From Syntrophales bacterium (lineage in GTDB: Bacteria > Desulfobacterota > Syntrophia > Syntrophales > PHBD01): 64,000 bases of DNA. Shown one piece after another: positions 18,048 to 27,516 of the stretch. The notes under the pieces were generated by a model. The model had not been told where the DNA came from. It ran no database searches and was given only the letters and a program-made list of their open reading frames with translations. The stretch is taken from NCBI GenBank assembly GCA_963668175.1, contig OY764159.1, positions 1,792,001 to 1,856,000 on the forward strand, written 5' to 3'. The translations under genes were made by a program, and so were the position numbers. Every line of letters begins with the position of its first letter. The stretch's first letter is position 1.

Positions 18048-19706
18048 ATGCCCCGAATAATTTTTGATCAGTTGAAGATTAAGCAGAAAACGGGATTGGA
18101 TACCAGGAACGCGCTACTCTACCCCCATATGGATCTCGATTCTTGCGTCATGTCGTCTCCCGTTCTCAAAGAAGATGATGATGGGTCGCTCCTCCTGTTC
18201 GTCAAGGACATCGAACGCGGCAACTTCGATGAAAAGATGATCAAGGCGCGGGTCAGCTATTTCAAGCCCTATTTCACATTCGACGGCGTACCCGAACAAA
18301 CGCCGAACACATGGACGGAAGGACTTCAATCCGGGGGGGCAGGCGCCGCCATTGCCGTCGACGGCCAGATCCACATGTCGGCCTACCGGCCGTTGGCCGA
18401 AAAATTCAGGATAACGATAGAGGCAAATCCGCCCTGGTGGCGGGTATATCTTTACGAAATCCGTCCCGAGGATATCTTGTCCGCCTTCGGCGCATCGTAC
18501 GCCGCCGCCCAGAAAGACGCGGACAAAGTCGCATCCGGCCTGCAGCAGAAGGCGGATGTCCTCCGCCTGGTCGAGAGGGCTTACGTCGATGATCGCTTCC
18601 TTGCTCTGGACAAGACGATGGAGAAGATGGGCCTCGAGACGATCGTCGTTTCCTCCCCGATGAATCTTCAGGAAATGGCGGGGATTCCGTTCGCATATCT
18701 TGAAAGTTCCCCGTGCCTCGCTCTCTATCGGAAAGGCGGTCCCGTCTTCCTGTTGACCTCCGCACCACTGGCGCAGAACTTTCCGGTGTTGACGGGCGTG
18801 TTCCCCGATATCGAAGCGGCCGTGAAGACCCTTCCCGTGAAGTTGAATTCCACGGTCGGCATTGAAGAGAATCACCTGTCTTACGACTTTTACAAAGCCC
18901 TCGGATTAAGCGACAACGATCAGGCGATCAGCGCCGCACTGCGGGTATGGCGCGAGCAGAGAGCAGGATGGGAACTGCCGTACTATCTCCTGGCCGCCCG
19001 GATAACCGTTTACGGAATTGAAACCGCGCTGGAACGGGTGAAAAACGCCCTCAAGCAGGGGAAGTCCCTTCTTGAAACGGACGTCGAACAGTATCTCTAT
19101 GACGGTTACCAGGAATATGTCAAAGCCAGGGGGCTCGGCAGTATATCCGTCAAACCTTATTTCACCGTATTGCATGCCGGGAACCGCACGAGAAGACCCA
19201 ACCTGCCGCAGGCGTTTCCCGTCGATTCGGCGACGAAATCCCTGAAGATCGATTCCGGGGTATTGGTGATGGATGCAAGCGGACTGATCCGGGGCGTCTC
19301 GGATTTGTGCCGTACGCTTGCCCTGGATGAAGCCGCGGAGGAGATATACGCGTACTTCGATAAAACCATGATCGATACGACCATTCCCGCGTCCGTTCCG
19401 GGCAACGACGGCGACGTCGTCTATCGGAAGGGCGTCGGCACGCTGGCGGCCATGAAGGAGAAGCTGGTCGCTCGCAACCTCGTTCCCGACAAGGCCGTCC
19501 TTCCGGACGATTACCGCCGCAACATCGGCCATGTGCTCGGCAAGCAGGAACCGGCGACGATCAGTTTCGAAACGGGCAACCATGACGTCATCGAGGAAGG
19601 GATGGTCGGTTGCGTCGAATATCAATGGCCCTATTATCCCTATGCCATCGGCGTGGAAGACATGTTCTACATAGATCGTCAAAAGACGTTCAATATTACG
19701 AGATGA
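18048..19706 (+). CDS. M24 (creatinase/prolidase-fold) metallohydrolase with long N-terminal extension
   Basis: Creatinase_N-like segment RF..L...M...GLETIVVSSP.N; metal ligands IDSG, SDLCRT, GHVLG, CVEY, VED. ATG at 18048 with AGGAGG RBS. Confidence 0.75.
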   Translation: MPRIIFDQLKIKQKTGLDTRNALLYPHMDLDSCVMSSPVLKEDDDGSLLLFVKDIERGNFDEKMIKARVSYFKPYFTFDGVPEQTPNTWTEGLQSGGAGAAIAVDGQIHMSAYRPLAEKFRITIEANPPWWRVYLYEIRPEDILSAFGASYAAAQKDADKVASGLQQKADVLRLVERAYVDDRFLALDKTMEKMGLETIVVSSPMNLQEMAGIPFAYLESSPCLALYRKGGPVFLLTSAPLAQNFPVLTGVFPDIEAAVKTLPVKLNSTVGIEENHLSYDFYKALGLSDNDQAISAALRVWREQRAGWELPYYLLAARITVYGIETALERVKNALKQGKSLLETDVEQYLYDGYQEYVKARGLGSISVKPYFTVLHAGNRTRRPNLPQAFPVDSATKSLKIDSGVLVMDASGLIRGVSDLCRTLALDEAAEEIYAYFDKTMIDTTIPASVPGNDGDVVYRKGVGTLAAMKEKLVARNLVPDKAVLPDDYRRNIGHVLGKQEPATISFETGNHDVIEEGMVGCVEYQWPYYPYAIGVEDMFYIDRQKTFNITR

Positions 19707-19758
19707 CGGCATCGGGATCGTGTTGTCAAACTGAAAAGGAAATGAGCGAAGGAGAAAA

Positions 19759-20886
19759 ATGGGAAGTCAAGTGAAATTATTACAGGGCAACCAGGCCATC
19801 GCGGAGGGCGCGTTTTACGCCGGGGCGCGGTTTTATGCCGGATACCCGATCACGCCTTCTTCGGAGATCGCCGAGGAGTGTTCGAGAAGAATGCCGAAGA
19901 TCGGCGGGATGTATATGCAAATGGAAGACGAGATCGCGAGCATAGCGGCCATCGTCGGTGCATCGCTCGCGGGCGCCAAGTCGTTCACGGCGACGAGCGG
20001 TCCGGGCTTCTCCCTGATGCAGGAGAACATGGGCCTGGCGGTCCTCACGGAAGTGCCCTGCGTCGTGGTGAACGTACAGCGTTCCGGGCCGAGCACGGGG
20101 CTGGCGACGAAACCGGCGCAGGCGGACGTGATGCAGATCCGCTGGGGCAGGCACGGGGACCAGAGCATGATCGCCCTCTGCCCCGCGTCTGTGAAGGAGT
20201 GCTTTTACTACACGGTGAAGGCCTTTAATTTTGCGGAGAAGTTCCGGGTGCCGGTCGTTCTCGCCTCCGACGAGGTCGTGGCCCACATGCGGGAGAACAT
20301 CGTGATCCCGGCGCCGGGCGAGGTCGAGGTTGTCGACAGGAAGAAGCCGTCCTGTCCGCCCGAAGCCTACAGGCCGTTCCTGCCCGATGAAGACGGCGTG
20401 GCGCCGCTGGCGGCCTATGGAAGCGACTACGTATTCCATGTGTCGAGTTCCATGCACGGGCCCGACGGCTACAGCAACAACGATCCCGGCAACGCTGCGC
20501 AGCGGATCGAGCAGCTGCACCGCAAAATCGAAAAACACCGGGACGAGATCGTCATCGTCAAGACCTTCGACGCCGAGGACGCCGACGTCCTCCTGATCGC
20601 TTTCGGGGTGACGACCCGCGCCAGCCGCGCGGCGGCGTTGGAACTGAGGAAGAGGAAAATCAAGGCCGGCGTCCTGCAGTTGGTGACCCTGTGGCCGTTT
20701 GCCGATGTCGAGGTGGCCGAGTTCGGCGGCCGGGCGAAAACGGTCGTCGTGACGGAAATGAATTACAGCGGCCAGGTGGCCGGCGAAGTACAGAAGGTCC
20801 TTGGGTCCGGGACGGATATCCGGAGGGTCAAAAGCTACAACGGCCGGATCATTACGCCTCAGGACATCATCAAGGCAGTCGTTTGA
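19759..20886 (+). CDS. 2-oxoacid:ferredoxin oxidoreductase alpha subunit
   Basis: GNQAIAEGA, YAGYPITPSSEI, ATSGPGFSL, QRSGPSTG, EMN. Confidence 0.93.
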   Translation: MGSQVKLLQGNQAIAEGAFYAGARFYAGYPITPSSEIAEECSRRMPKIGGMYMQMEDEIASIAAIVGASLAGAKSFTATSGPGFSLMQENMGLAVLTEVPCVVVNVQRSGPSTGLATKPAQADVMQIRWGRHGDQSMIALCPASVKECFYYTVKAFNFAEKFRVPVVLASDEVVAHMRENIVIPAPGEVEVVDRKKPSCPPEAYRPFLPDEDGVAPLAAYGSDYVFHVSSSMHGPDGYSNNDPGNAAQRIEQLHRKIEKHRDEIVIVKTFDAEDADVLLIAFGVTTRASRAAALELRKRKIKAGVLQLVTLWPFADVEVAEFGGRAKTVVVTEMNYSGQVAGEVQKVLGSGTDIRRVKSYNGRIITPQDIIKAVV

Positions 20887-20920
20887 ATATGGAACGAAAA
20901 GATTCAAAAAGGGGGTTTAA

Positions 20921-21745
20921 GTGTCTCACGCAACAGGCATGAAATATATCAAGGACGGTGTCTTGCCGCACATGTGGTGTCCGGGATGCGGCATAGGCGT
21001 GACCATGGGCGCTTTGCTGCGTTCCTTCGAGGAACTGGGCTACGAGCGCAACGATACGGTCGTGGTGACGGGAATCGGCTGCACCGGCAAGCTGGACGAT
21101 TACCTGCTGACAAACGCGCTGCATACGACGCACGGGCGCGCCCTGGCTTTCGCCACCGGGATCAAGGCCTACAGGCCTGAGCTGCACGTCATCGTCCTGA
21201 TGGGGGACGGGGACAGCGTTACCATCGGCGGCAACCACTTCATCCACACCGCCCGAAGGAACATGGATCTGACGGCGATCGTCGTCAACAATTTCAATTT
21301 CGGGATGACGGGCGGCCAGTATTCCGGGACGACGCCGACGGGCGCATCGACCCAGACCAGCGCCTACGGCAACCCCGAAAGGGAGATGGATATCTGCTCG
21401 TTGGCGGAGGTCGCCGGAGCGAACTACGTGGCCCGCGGAACGCCTTACCACGTGTGGGAACTCAAGGAAAGCATCAAGGAAGCCCTGAACAAAAAGGGCT
21501 TCTCCGTCGTGGAGGTCGTCAGTCCCTGCCCGACGAACTACGGGCGCCAGAACAACATGAAGAAGGCGGTCGATATGCTCCACCGGCTGAAGGAGAAGGG
21601 CGTTCCCGTGGAGGAGTTCCGGCGCCGGAAAAGCGCCCGGAGCGACGGCCGCTTTGCGGTGGGCAAGCTGGTGGACAGGGACGAACCCGATTTCAACGCA
21701 CGTTACAGGGAAATCACGGCCAGGGCGACCGCAGGCCGGGGCTGA
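20921..21745 (+). CDS. 2-oxoacid:ferredoxin oxidoreductase beta subunit
   Basis: WCPGCG, GIGC, HGRA, GDGD..TIGGNH, GMTGGQ, PCPT. Confidence 0.93.
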   Translation: MSHATGMKYIKDGVLPHMWCPGCGIGVTMGALLRSFEELGYERNDTVVVTGIGCTGKLDDYLLTNALHTTHGRALAFATGIKAYRPELHVIVLMGDGDSVTIGGNHFIHTARRNMDLTAIVVNNFNFGMTGGQYSGTTPTGASTQTSAYGNPEREMDICSLAEVAGANYVARGTPYHVWELKESIKEALNKKGFSVVEVVSPCPTNYGRQNNMKKAVDMLHRLKEKGVPVEEFRRRKSARSDGRFAVGKLVDRDEPDFNARYREITARATAGRG

Positions 21746-21760
21746 GGAAGGTGATAGCGA

Positions 21761-22291
21761 ATGAAGAAAGACAGGTATGAAGTGATTATGGCCGGCTCCG
21801 GAGGCCAGGGCTTGGTTCTGTCCGGCATCATGCTGGCGGAAGCGGCCATCCTGGAGGGCAGAAACGTCGTACAGACCGTTTCGTACGGTATCGCGTCGAG
21901 GGGCGGTTTCTCCATGGCCGAAGTGATCATCGACCAGGAGGAGATCGTCTTCCAGCAGGTCCAGAATGCCGACATCGTACTGACCCTGACGGAGGACGCG
22001 ATGGAGAGATTCCTGCCCCTGTCGGAGCGCGGGGCGGCGATATTCTACGATTCGGTCCTGCTGAGGGCGCGTGAGGGTAAGCATTTCTACGGCCGGCCCT
22101 TCACGGAAATGGCCGACAGGATGGGGAACGTGGGCATGTCGAACATCATCGCCCTGGGGTACATGGCGCAGATGAAGGGCATGATTCTTCCGGAGAGTCT
22201 CGCGGAAGTCATCAAGAACCGTTTTTCCGGAAAAGTGAGGGATGCGAACCTAGCCGCGTTGCAGGCGGGAATCGTTCTCGCGAACGGATGA
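21761..22291 (+). CDS. 2-oxoacid:ferredoxin oxidoreductase gamma subunit
   Basis: AGSGGQG, SYG..SRGG.S.AEV, NIIALG. Confidence 0.9.
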   Translation: MKKDRYEVIMAGSGGQGLVLSGIMLAEAAILEGRNVVQTVSYGIASRGGFSMAEVIIDQEEIVFQQVQNADIVLTLTEDAMERFLPLSERGAAIFYDSVLLRAREGKHFYGRPFTEMADRMGNVGMSNIIALGYMAQMKGMILPESLAEVIKNRFSGKVRDANLAALQAGIVLANG

Positions 22292-22379
22292 TAAGAATAA
22301 TATCCAGCTCCCCCTGCCTGCCGCTTTCCGATACGGCGGGCGGAGAGAATGAGCGTCATAGAGTTTGAAAGGAGTCATG

Positions 22380-24002
22380 ATGGGAGTTCCCGATAATGAA
22401 CAGATAAAAATTGCTCCGTGCAGAGAGGCATGTCCGGCGGGCATCGATGTACCGCGCTATATCAGGTACATCAGGAACGGGGATTTCGACGAAGCGCTTG
22501 CGGTCATACGCGAAAGAATCCCATTTGCCGCCGTATGCGGGTATGCGTGCGCCCATCCCTGCGAGTCCCGGTGTGCGCGCATCCAGTACGATGAGGCCGT
22601 CGCCATCAGAAGGCTGAAGCGGGCAGCCGCAACCTACAGCCACCGGTCGCCCAAGAGCGAAGAGACGGCGAAATCGACTTCGAAAAAGGTGGCCGTTATC
22701 GGTTCGGGACCGTGCGGTCTGACGGCGGCTTACTACCTGGCCGAACTGGGGCATAGCGTTGCGATTTTCGAAAAGCTTCCCAAGGCGGGAGGGATGTTGC
22801 GTTACGGTATCCCGGAATACCGTTTGCCCAAGGACATTGTCGATCGTGAAATTGCCTTTATCAAATCCCGGGGTGTCGGCATTGTAACCGGCACGAAAGT
22901 CGATTCAGCCGCGAAACTGCTGTCGGAAGGCTTCGATGCCGTGCTGGCTGCATCCGGCGCCTGGAAAGCCCAGAAGATGGGTATCGAGGGAGAGGGGCTC
23001 CCCACGGTCGTCGACGGCGTCAAGTTTCTTGCGGAATACAATTCGGGCGTTCGCCGTCCCGTCGGCAAAAGGGTGGTCGTCGTCGGAGGCGGCAATACGG
23101 CTGTGGATGCCTCCCTGGCGAGCGTCCGCATGGGTGCGAAGGTCGTGCTCGTTTATCGGAGAAGCCGCGAGGATATGCCGGCCCTGCCGGAGGAGATCGC
23201 CCAGGCCGAAGAGGAAGGCGTGCGCATCCAATGTATGGCCGTGCCCGTACAGATCACGAAAAGCAGGATCGTCTGCATCAGGACGGCCCCCGGTCCCGTC
23301 GACGGCAGCGGAAGGCCCAGACCCGTTCCCGTCGAAGGCAGCGAGTTCGCCTTGTCCTGCAATGCGGTTGTTATGGCCGTCGGCCAGTCGGCCGACGCCG
23401 GCGCGCTGGGGCTTGCCGGAAACGGCGACGGAACGATTGCCGCCGGTGCCGATACGGCCACGCAGAACAAAGGGATATTCGCCGCCGGCGATGCGGCCAC
23501 CGGTCCGATGACGATCATCAACGCCATTGCCCAGGGGCGCCTGGCTTGTGCCGCGATCGACCGCTTTCTCGGCGGTAAAGGCCGGATCGGCCGGGATGCT
23601 TCGCCGGGCGCGGTCCCGGAACCGTCGGAACCGGAGCCCATGGGCACGTGCCGCGTGGAGCCGGGAAGGATCCCCCTCAGTGCCAGATTTCAGGGAGTCG
23701 GTCCCGTGGAGTACAGTTACAGCGAAAAGGAGGCCGTGGAGGAAGCCGGGAGGTGCCTGTCGTGCGATGTCCGCCGCTACGAGGTGGAGATCGATCCGGT
23801 TATCTGCAAGGCGTGCGGTTACTGCCGAGAGATGTGCCATATGGACATCTTCGGTGTTTCGGACACATTCAACGCCGGCGGCTACAAGCCGTCCGTCGTG
23901 AAACGCTCGGACCGTTGCGTGGGATGCCTGAAGTGCCTCTACGTCTGTCCGGATTTTGCGATCAAGATCAACGACGGCTGCGGCGGCGCCGCGGCCGTAT
24001 AG
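22380..24002 (+). CDS. GltD/NfnB-like FAD/NADPH oxidoreductase fused to a C-terminal OFOR-delta-type ferredoxin
   Basis: APC...CPAGID...CG..C..PCE..C, GSGPCG, GGMLRYGIP.YRLP, GGGNTA.D, YRRS, GD, EAGRCLSC, then CKACGYC..C and CVGCLKC...CPDFAI. Confidence 0.88.
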   Translation: MGVPDNEQIKIAPCREACPAGIDVPRYIRYIRNGDFDEALAVIRERIPFAAVCGYACAHPCESRCARIQYDEAVAIRRLKRAAATYSHRSPKSEETAKSTSKKVAVIGSGPCGLTAAYYLAELGHSVAIFEKLPKAGGMLRYGIPEYRLPKDIVDREIAFIKSRGVGIVTGTKVDSAAKLLSEGFDAVLAASGAWKAQKMGIEGEGLPTVVDGVKFLAEYNSGVRRPVGKRVVVVGGGNTAVDASLASVRMGAKVVLVYRRSREDMPALPEEIAQAEEEGVRIQCMAVPVQITKSRIVCIRTAPGPVDGSGRPRPVPVEGSEFALSCNAVVMAVGQSADAGALGLAGNGDGTIAAGADTATQNKGIFAAGDAATGPMTIINAIAQGRLACAAIDRFLGGKGRIGRDASPGAVPEPSEPEPMGTCRVEPGRIPLSARFQGVGPVEYSYSEKEAVEEAGRCLSCDVRRYEVEIDPVICKACGYCREMCHMDIFGVSDTFNAGGYKPSVVKRSDRCVGCLKCLYVCPDFAIKINDGCGGAAAV

Positions 24003-24266
24003 GGCCGAACGGACCGGCGCAGGAGGGAGGCCCGGAATCCCGCATCCCGCGCCGGGAGAGGTTTCGTTGCAGGAGGGGGCCGCAGCGTTTGCCAAAGGCA
24101 GGAACATAAGGCGGCTTCCAAAGACCGTTTTTTACGGGGATCGGAGGACCATCCTTCATATATACACCGTGCTTTTAACCCGGATTGGCGATCCGGAGCC
24201 AAAGAAACCGAGGGGGATGCCTCGTCACGCTGAAGAGCCTACAGGGAAATGAAAGGGGTTGATTTT

Positions 24267-24482
24267 ATGGGTGTTGAATTACTGTCCCCCGCTCCGGGGA
24301 AAATACTGAAGATACACGTGAATCGGGGTGATCTGGTCACCGAGGACACGGCCGTGATCCGCCTGGAAGCGATGAAGATGGAAAACGAGATATTCGCTCC
24401 CGCCGGCGGCACGGTAACTGAAATCAGGGTGCGGGAAGGCGACGAAGTCGAAACGGACGACGTCATGGCGGTGATTAATTGA
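24267..24482 (+). CDS. Biotin carboxyl carrier protein (decarboxylase gamma-type)
   Basis: SPAPGKI...G...LEAMKMENEI.AP..G.V biotinylation motif. Confidence 0.9.
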   Translation: MGVELLSPAPGKILKIHVNRGDLVTEDTAVIRLEAMKMENEIFAPAGGTVTEIRVREGDEVETDDVMAVIN

Positions 24483-24611
24483 CGATCGTCTCCATATAAC
24501 GGGGAGGACCGCCGCTTCCGTCGTCCGGTACGACCGGGCAAGGACGAGTTGACGGCCGGGCGCTTCGGACGCTTTAAGCGCCCGGCCTTATTATGCAGGA
24601 GGATGTGCGTC

Positions 24612-24773
24612 ATGACTGTTCCAGACAGCCTTCAGGGGGCCTTGGTGTTGAGCTTCGTCGATTTGGCCCTGAGTTTCATTCTGATCGGGGGCATAGGTGT
24701 GATTCTGTCCCTTTTCCCCTATATCAACAAGTTGGGCACGATCGACGAACGCAAACTCGGCGATGGTCATTAA
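24612..24773 (+). CDS. Small single-TM protein, OadG/GcdD-like decarboxylase anchor subunit
   Basis: 53 aa with a hydrophobic stretch, AGGAGG RBS, located between the biotin carrier and beta subunit genes. Confidence 0.6.
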   Translation: MTVPDSLQGALVLSFVDLALSFILIGGIGVILSLFPYINKLGTIDERKLGDGH

Positions 24774-24814
24774 AAATAATAAACGGAATAAAATGAGAAA
24801 CCCGAGGAATCCGA

Positions 24815-25945
24815 ATGGCCGAACAATTCGTTTCCCTTCTTGACGCCCTGAAAAACCAGACCGGCCTCGTCCATTTCTGGTGGGGCAACATGATCATGAT
24901 CGCCGTCGGCGTGCTCATGATCTATCTGGCGATAGCAAAGAAGTACGAGCCCTTTCTGCTCATCGGTATAGGGTTCGCCTGCATCGTGGCCAATGTGCCC
25001 GGCTCCGATCTGATCCTGCCGGGCGGTCTTTTCAATTATGCTTACCGCGGCGTCGCGCTGCTCATCATTCCACCCCTTATCTTCCTGGGGGTGGGCGCCA
25101 TGACGGACTTCGGGCCGATGATCGCCAATCCTTCGCTGGTCATTCTGGGTGTGGCGGCCCACCTGGGCATCTTCATCGCCCTCATCGGGGCGAAAATGAT
25201 AGGTTTCACGATCCATGAGGCCGGAGCGATTGGCATCATAGGCGGTGCCGACGGTCCGATGGCGATTTTTGTAACGATGAAACTCGCTCCTCACCTGCTT
25301 CCCCAGGTTTCCGTTGCGGCCTATTCCTACATGGCATTGATGCCGCTGATCCAGCCGCCGGTCATGAAGCTGCTTACAACCAAGAAAGAACGCGAGATTG
25401 TGATGAAGGCGCAACGGAAGGTGAGCCGATTGGAGAAAATCGCATTTCCCATTGTCATTGCCGTCATCGTGAATCTCTTTTTGCCTCCGGTGGCGCCGCT
25501 GATCACGATGCTGATGCTCGGAAACCTCTTTCGGGAATGTGTGCTCGTCAACCGGCTGGCGAAGACGGCGGCCAACGACCTGATGAATGTCATCACCATG
25601 ATGCTGACGGTGGCCATCGGCTCGACGATGGTGGCCGACCAGTTCCTGACGCTCAAAACGCTGATGATCATAGCCCTCGGACTGGTCGCATTCGTGACCG
25701 GTACGGCCTCGGGGGTCTTGGCCGCCCGGGTGATGAACTGGGTGAGCAAGGGGAAGATCAATCCGCTTGTGGGCTCCGCGGGGATCGCCTCGGTGCCGAT
25801 TGCGGCCCGCGTGTCCCATGTTGTGGCGTTAAAAGACAATCCGAGGAATTTTCTTGTGATGCATGCCATGGGCCCGAATCTGGCGGGTGTTTTCGGGACC
25901 GCCATCTCCGGCGGGATCATGTTGGCCCTGCTGGGGGCGGTATAG
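24815..25945 (+). CDS. gcdB: Na+-translocating decarboxylase beta subunit (GcdB/OadB family)
   Basis: YEPFLL..IG, PPLIFLGVGAMTDFGP, GIIGGADGP, AAYSYMAL.P.IQPP, HAMGPN.AG. Confidence 0.92.
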   Translation: MAEQFVSLLDALKNQTGLVHFWWGNMIMIAVGVLMIYLAIAKKYEPFLLIGIGFACIVANVPGSDLILPGGLFNYAYRGVALLIIPPLIFLGVGAMTDFGPMIANPSLVILGVAAHLGIFIALIGAKMIGFTIHEAGAIGIIGGADGPMAIFVTMKLAPHLLPQVSVAAYSYMALMPLIQPPVMKLLTTKKEREIVMKAQRKVSRLEKIAFPIVIAVIVNLFLPPVAPLITMLMLGNLFRECVLVNRLAKTAANDLMNVITMMLTVAIGSTMVADQFLTLKTLMIIALGLVAFVTGTASGVLAARVMNWVSKGKINPLVGSAGIASVPIAARVSHVVALKDNPRNFLVMHAMGPNLAGVFGTAISGGIMLALLGAV

Positions 25946-26374
25946 TCGCGTATCCGTCGGCCGCGATCGTTCATCGGCACGGCTTTATCCCGGTTTGCGT
26001 GAAAAGATCGCCTCATAAATTCCTGTATCGTGACGACAACGCCATGTGTTTGAGAAATGCATGCGGGCTACTTTATCGTTAACCCTATTTTTCGAGCCGG
26101 CGTTCGGTCCGGCGCATTGTTTCTTGCCCAGACTCCTTATCCGTTTCCCGGCAACATTTACGATGGGCGGCTCAAAAGCCTCTTGGCGCCGGATATTCCC
26201 TCGTTCATATGTACCTTCCGCATTGCACTCTGCGGCATAGACGATCGGCTTGCGGCGGGATTCGTCGATAAGTGAGCGAACGACCCCGTCTTATCCGCCT
26301 TGCGGATCGCCGGCCGGGAGCCCCGGGGGCCGCTGCGGTATTTATATGGAATGCTCGCGGACAAACGTGTCAAG

Positions 26375-26390
26375 TGGCATATTAATTGCG
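26375..26390 (+). promoter_or_regulatory. Sigma54 -24/-12 promoter
   Basis: TGGCAT-ATTAA-TTGCG upstream of the MaoC gene. Confidence 0.7.
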
Positions 26391-26433
26391 AATAGTTGAA
26401 TTATAGTTGAATCACAGGTGAATCATAGTTGAG
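26390..26433 (+). repeat. Four imperfect 11-bp tandem repeats
   Basis: GAATAGTTGAA TTATAGTTGAA TCACAGGTGAA TCATAGTTGAG. Confidence 0.65.
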
Positions 26434-26646
26434 TCGTTGAAGTCATGGGAATACAGGGGATTATGCCGGCCTGTGTGCCTTGCGGTTCGGGACGAGCCGA
26501 TTTCAAAGCGGCGGCTGTCCCTCTTGTATGAGCAAGATTGATGGCGTCGTATGGCGGACCCATGAAATGCCGGAACCCCCATGAGACGGATTTCCATAAT
26601 CCCCGACCGGGGATACGATATAGAATCAGAGAAAGGATGAAGACCT

Positions 26647-27078
26647 ATGATTGGCAAAACCATTGAACAGCTCAAACTGGGCGATTCGGCCGAGTTCTCG
26701 AAAACCGTTTCGGAGGCCGATATTTATCTCTATGCAGGCGTGACCGGCGATTTCAATCCGGCGCATATTAATGAAGTTTATGCCGGGAAGACTTTCTTCA
26801 AAAGTCGGATCGCCCACGGCATGCTCTCCGGCGGTTTCATTTCCGCGGTTATTGCAAATCAGCTGCCGGGACCGGGAACCATCTATATGCGCCAGGAGCT
26901 GAATTTTCTCGCCCCTGTCCGCATCGGCGATACGATCACGGCGAAGGTCGAAATTATCGACATAAACGCGGGAAAAAACAGAATTCGTCTTAAAACGACC
27001 TGCGTCATTCAGGATGGTACGCTCGTCGTAGACGGCGAAGCGCTGGTCAGCCCGCCGAAGCCGCCGAAGAAACCGTAA
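26647..27078 (+). CDS. MaoC-family (R)-specific enoyl-CoA hydratase, copy 1
   Basis: GDFNPAH...F..RIAHGML, LPGPG.IY..Q.L.F.APV.IGD. Confidence 0.92.
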   Translation: MIGKTIEQLKLGDSAEFSKTVSEADIYLYAGVTGDFNPAHINEVYAGKTFFKSRIAHGMLSGGFISAVIANQLPGPGTIYMRQELNFLAPVRIGDTITAKVEIIDINAGKNRIRLKTTCVIQDGTLVVDGEALVSPPKPPKKP

Positions 27079-27516
27079 ACGGGCAACCTGTTCCGCAGGA
27101 GCTGATCCGGCAAATCGGGGTGTTTTACGGCATTGCCTCCCCGGATTCGCGATTCATGCCCGGTGAACCGGTTTGCTCCGCGGGGGGGGCGCCCGGGACA
27201 GGATCGAAGCGTGGAGGGCGGATCGCATGGAGCGCCGTTCCCACAGTCCCCTGAACGACCCATCGCCCGGAGATTACGGCGGATCTTGGCTTTTTCAGGT
27301 GAACGGGCCATGCCTGCGGTTTGTGCGGTTTTGGATAACTCCCGGGAGCTGAAAAAGAGACCCTGTGTCTGTAATTGTTGCGGATAGGCCCTTCACAAGG
27401 AGGAAACCCGGACATCGAGGATGGGCGCGCCCGACAGCGGCCGTTTTAATGCGCTTGACAGACGGGCGATCTTTCCTTATAAAAGTTCATGCTTCATCAT
27501 CAGCAGATGTATATTA

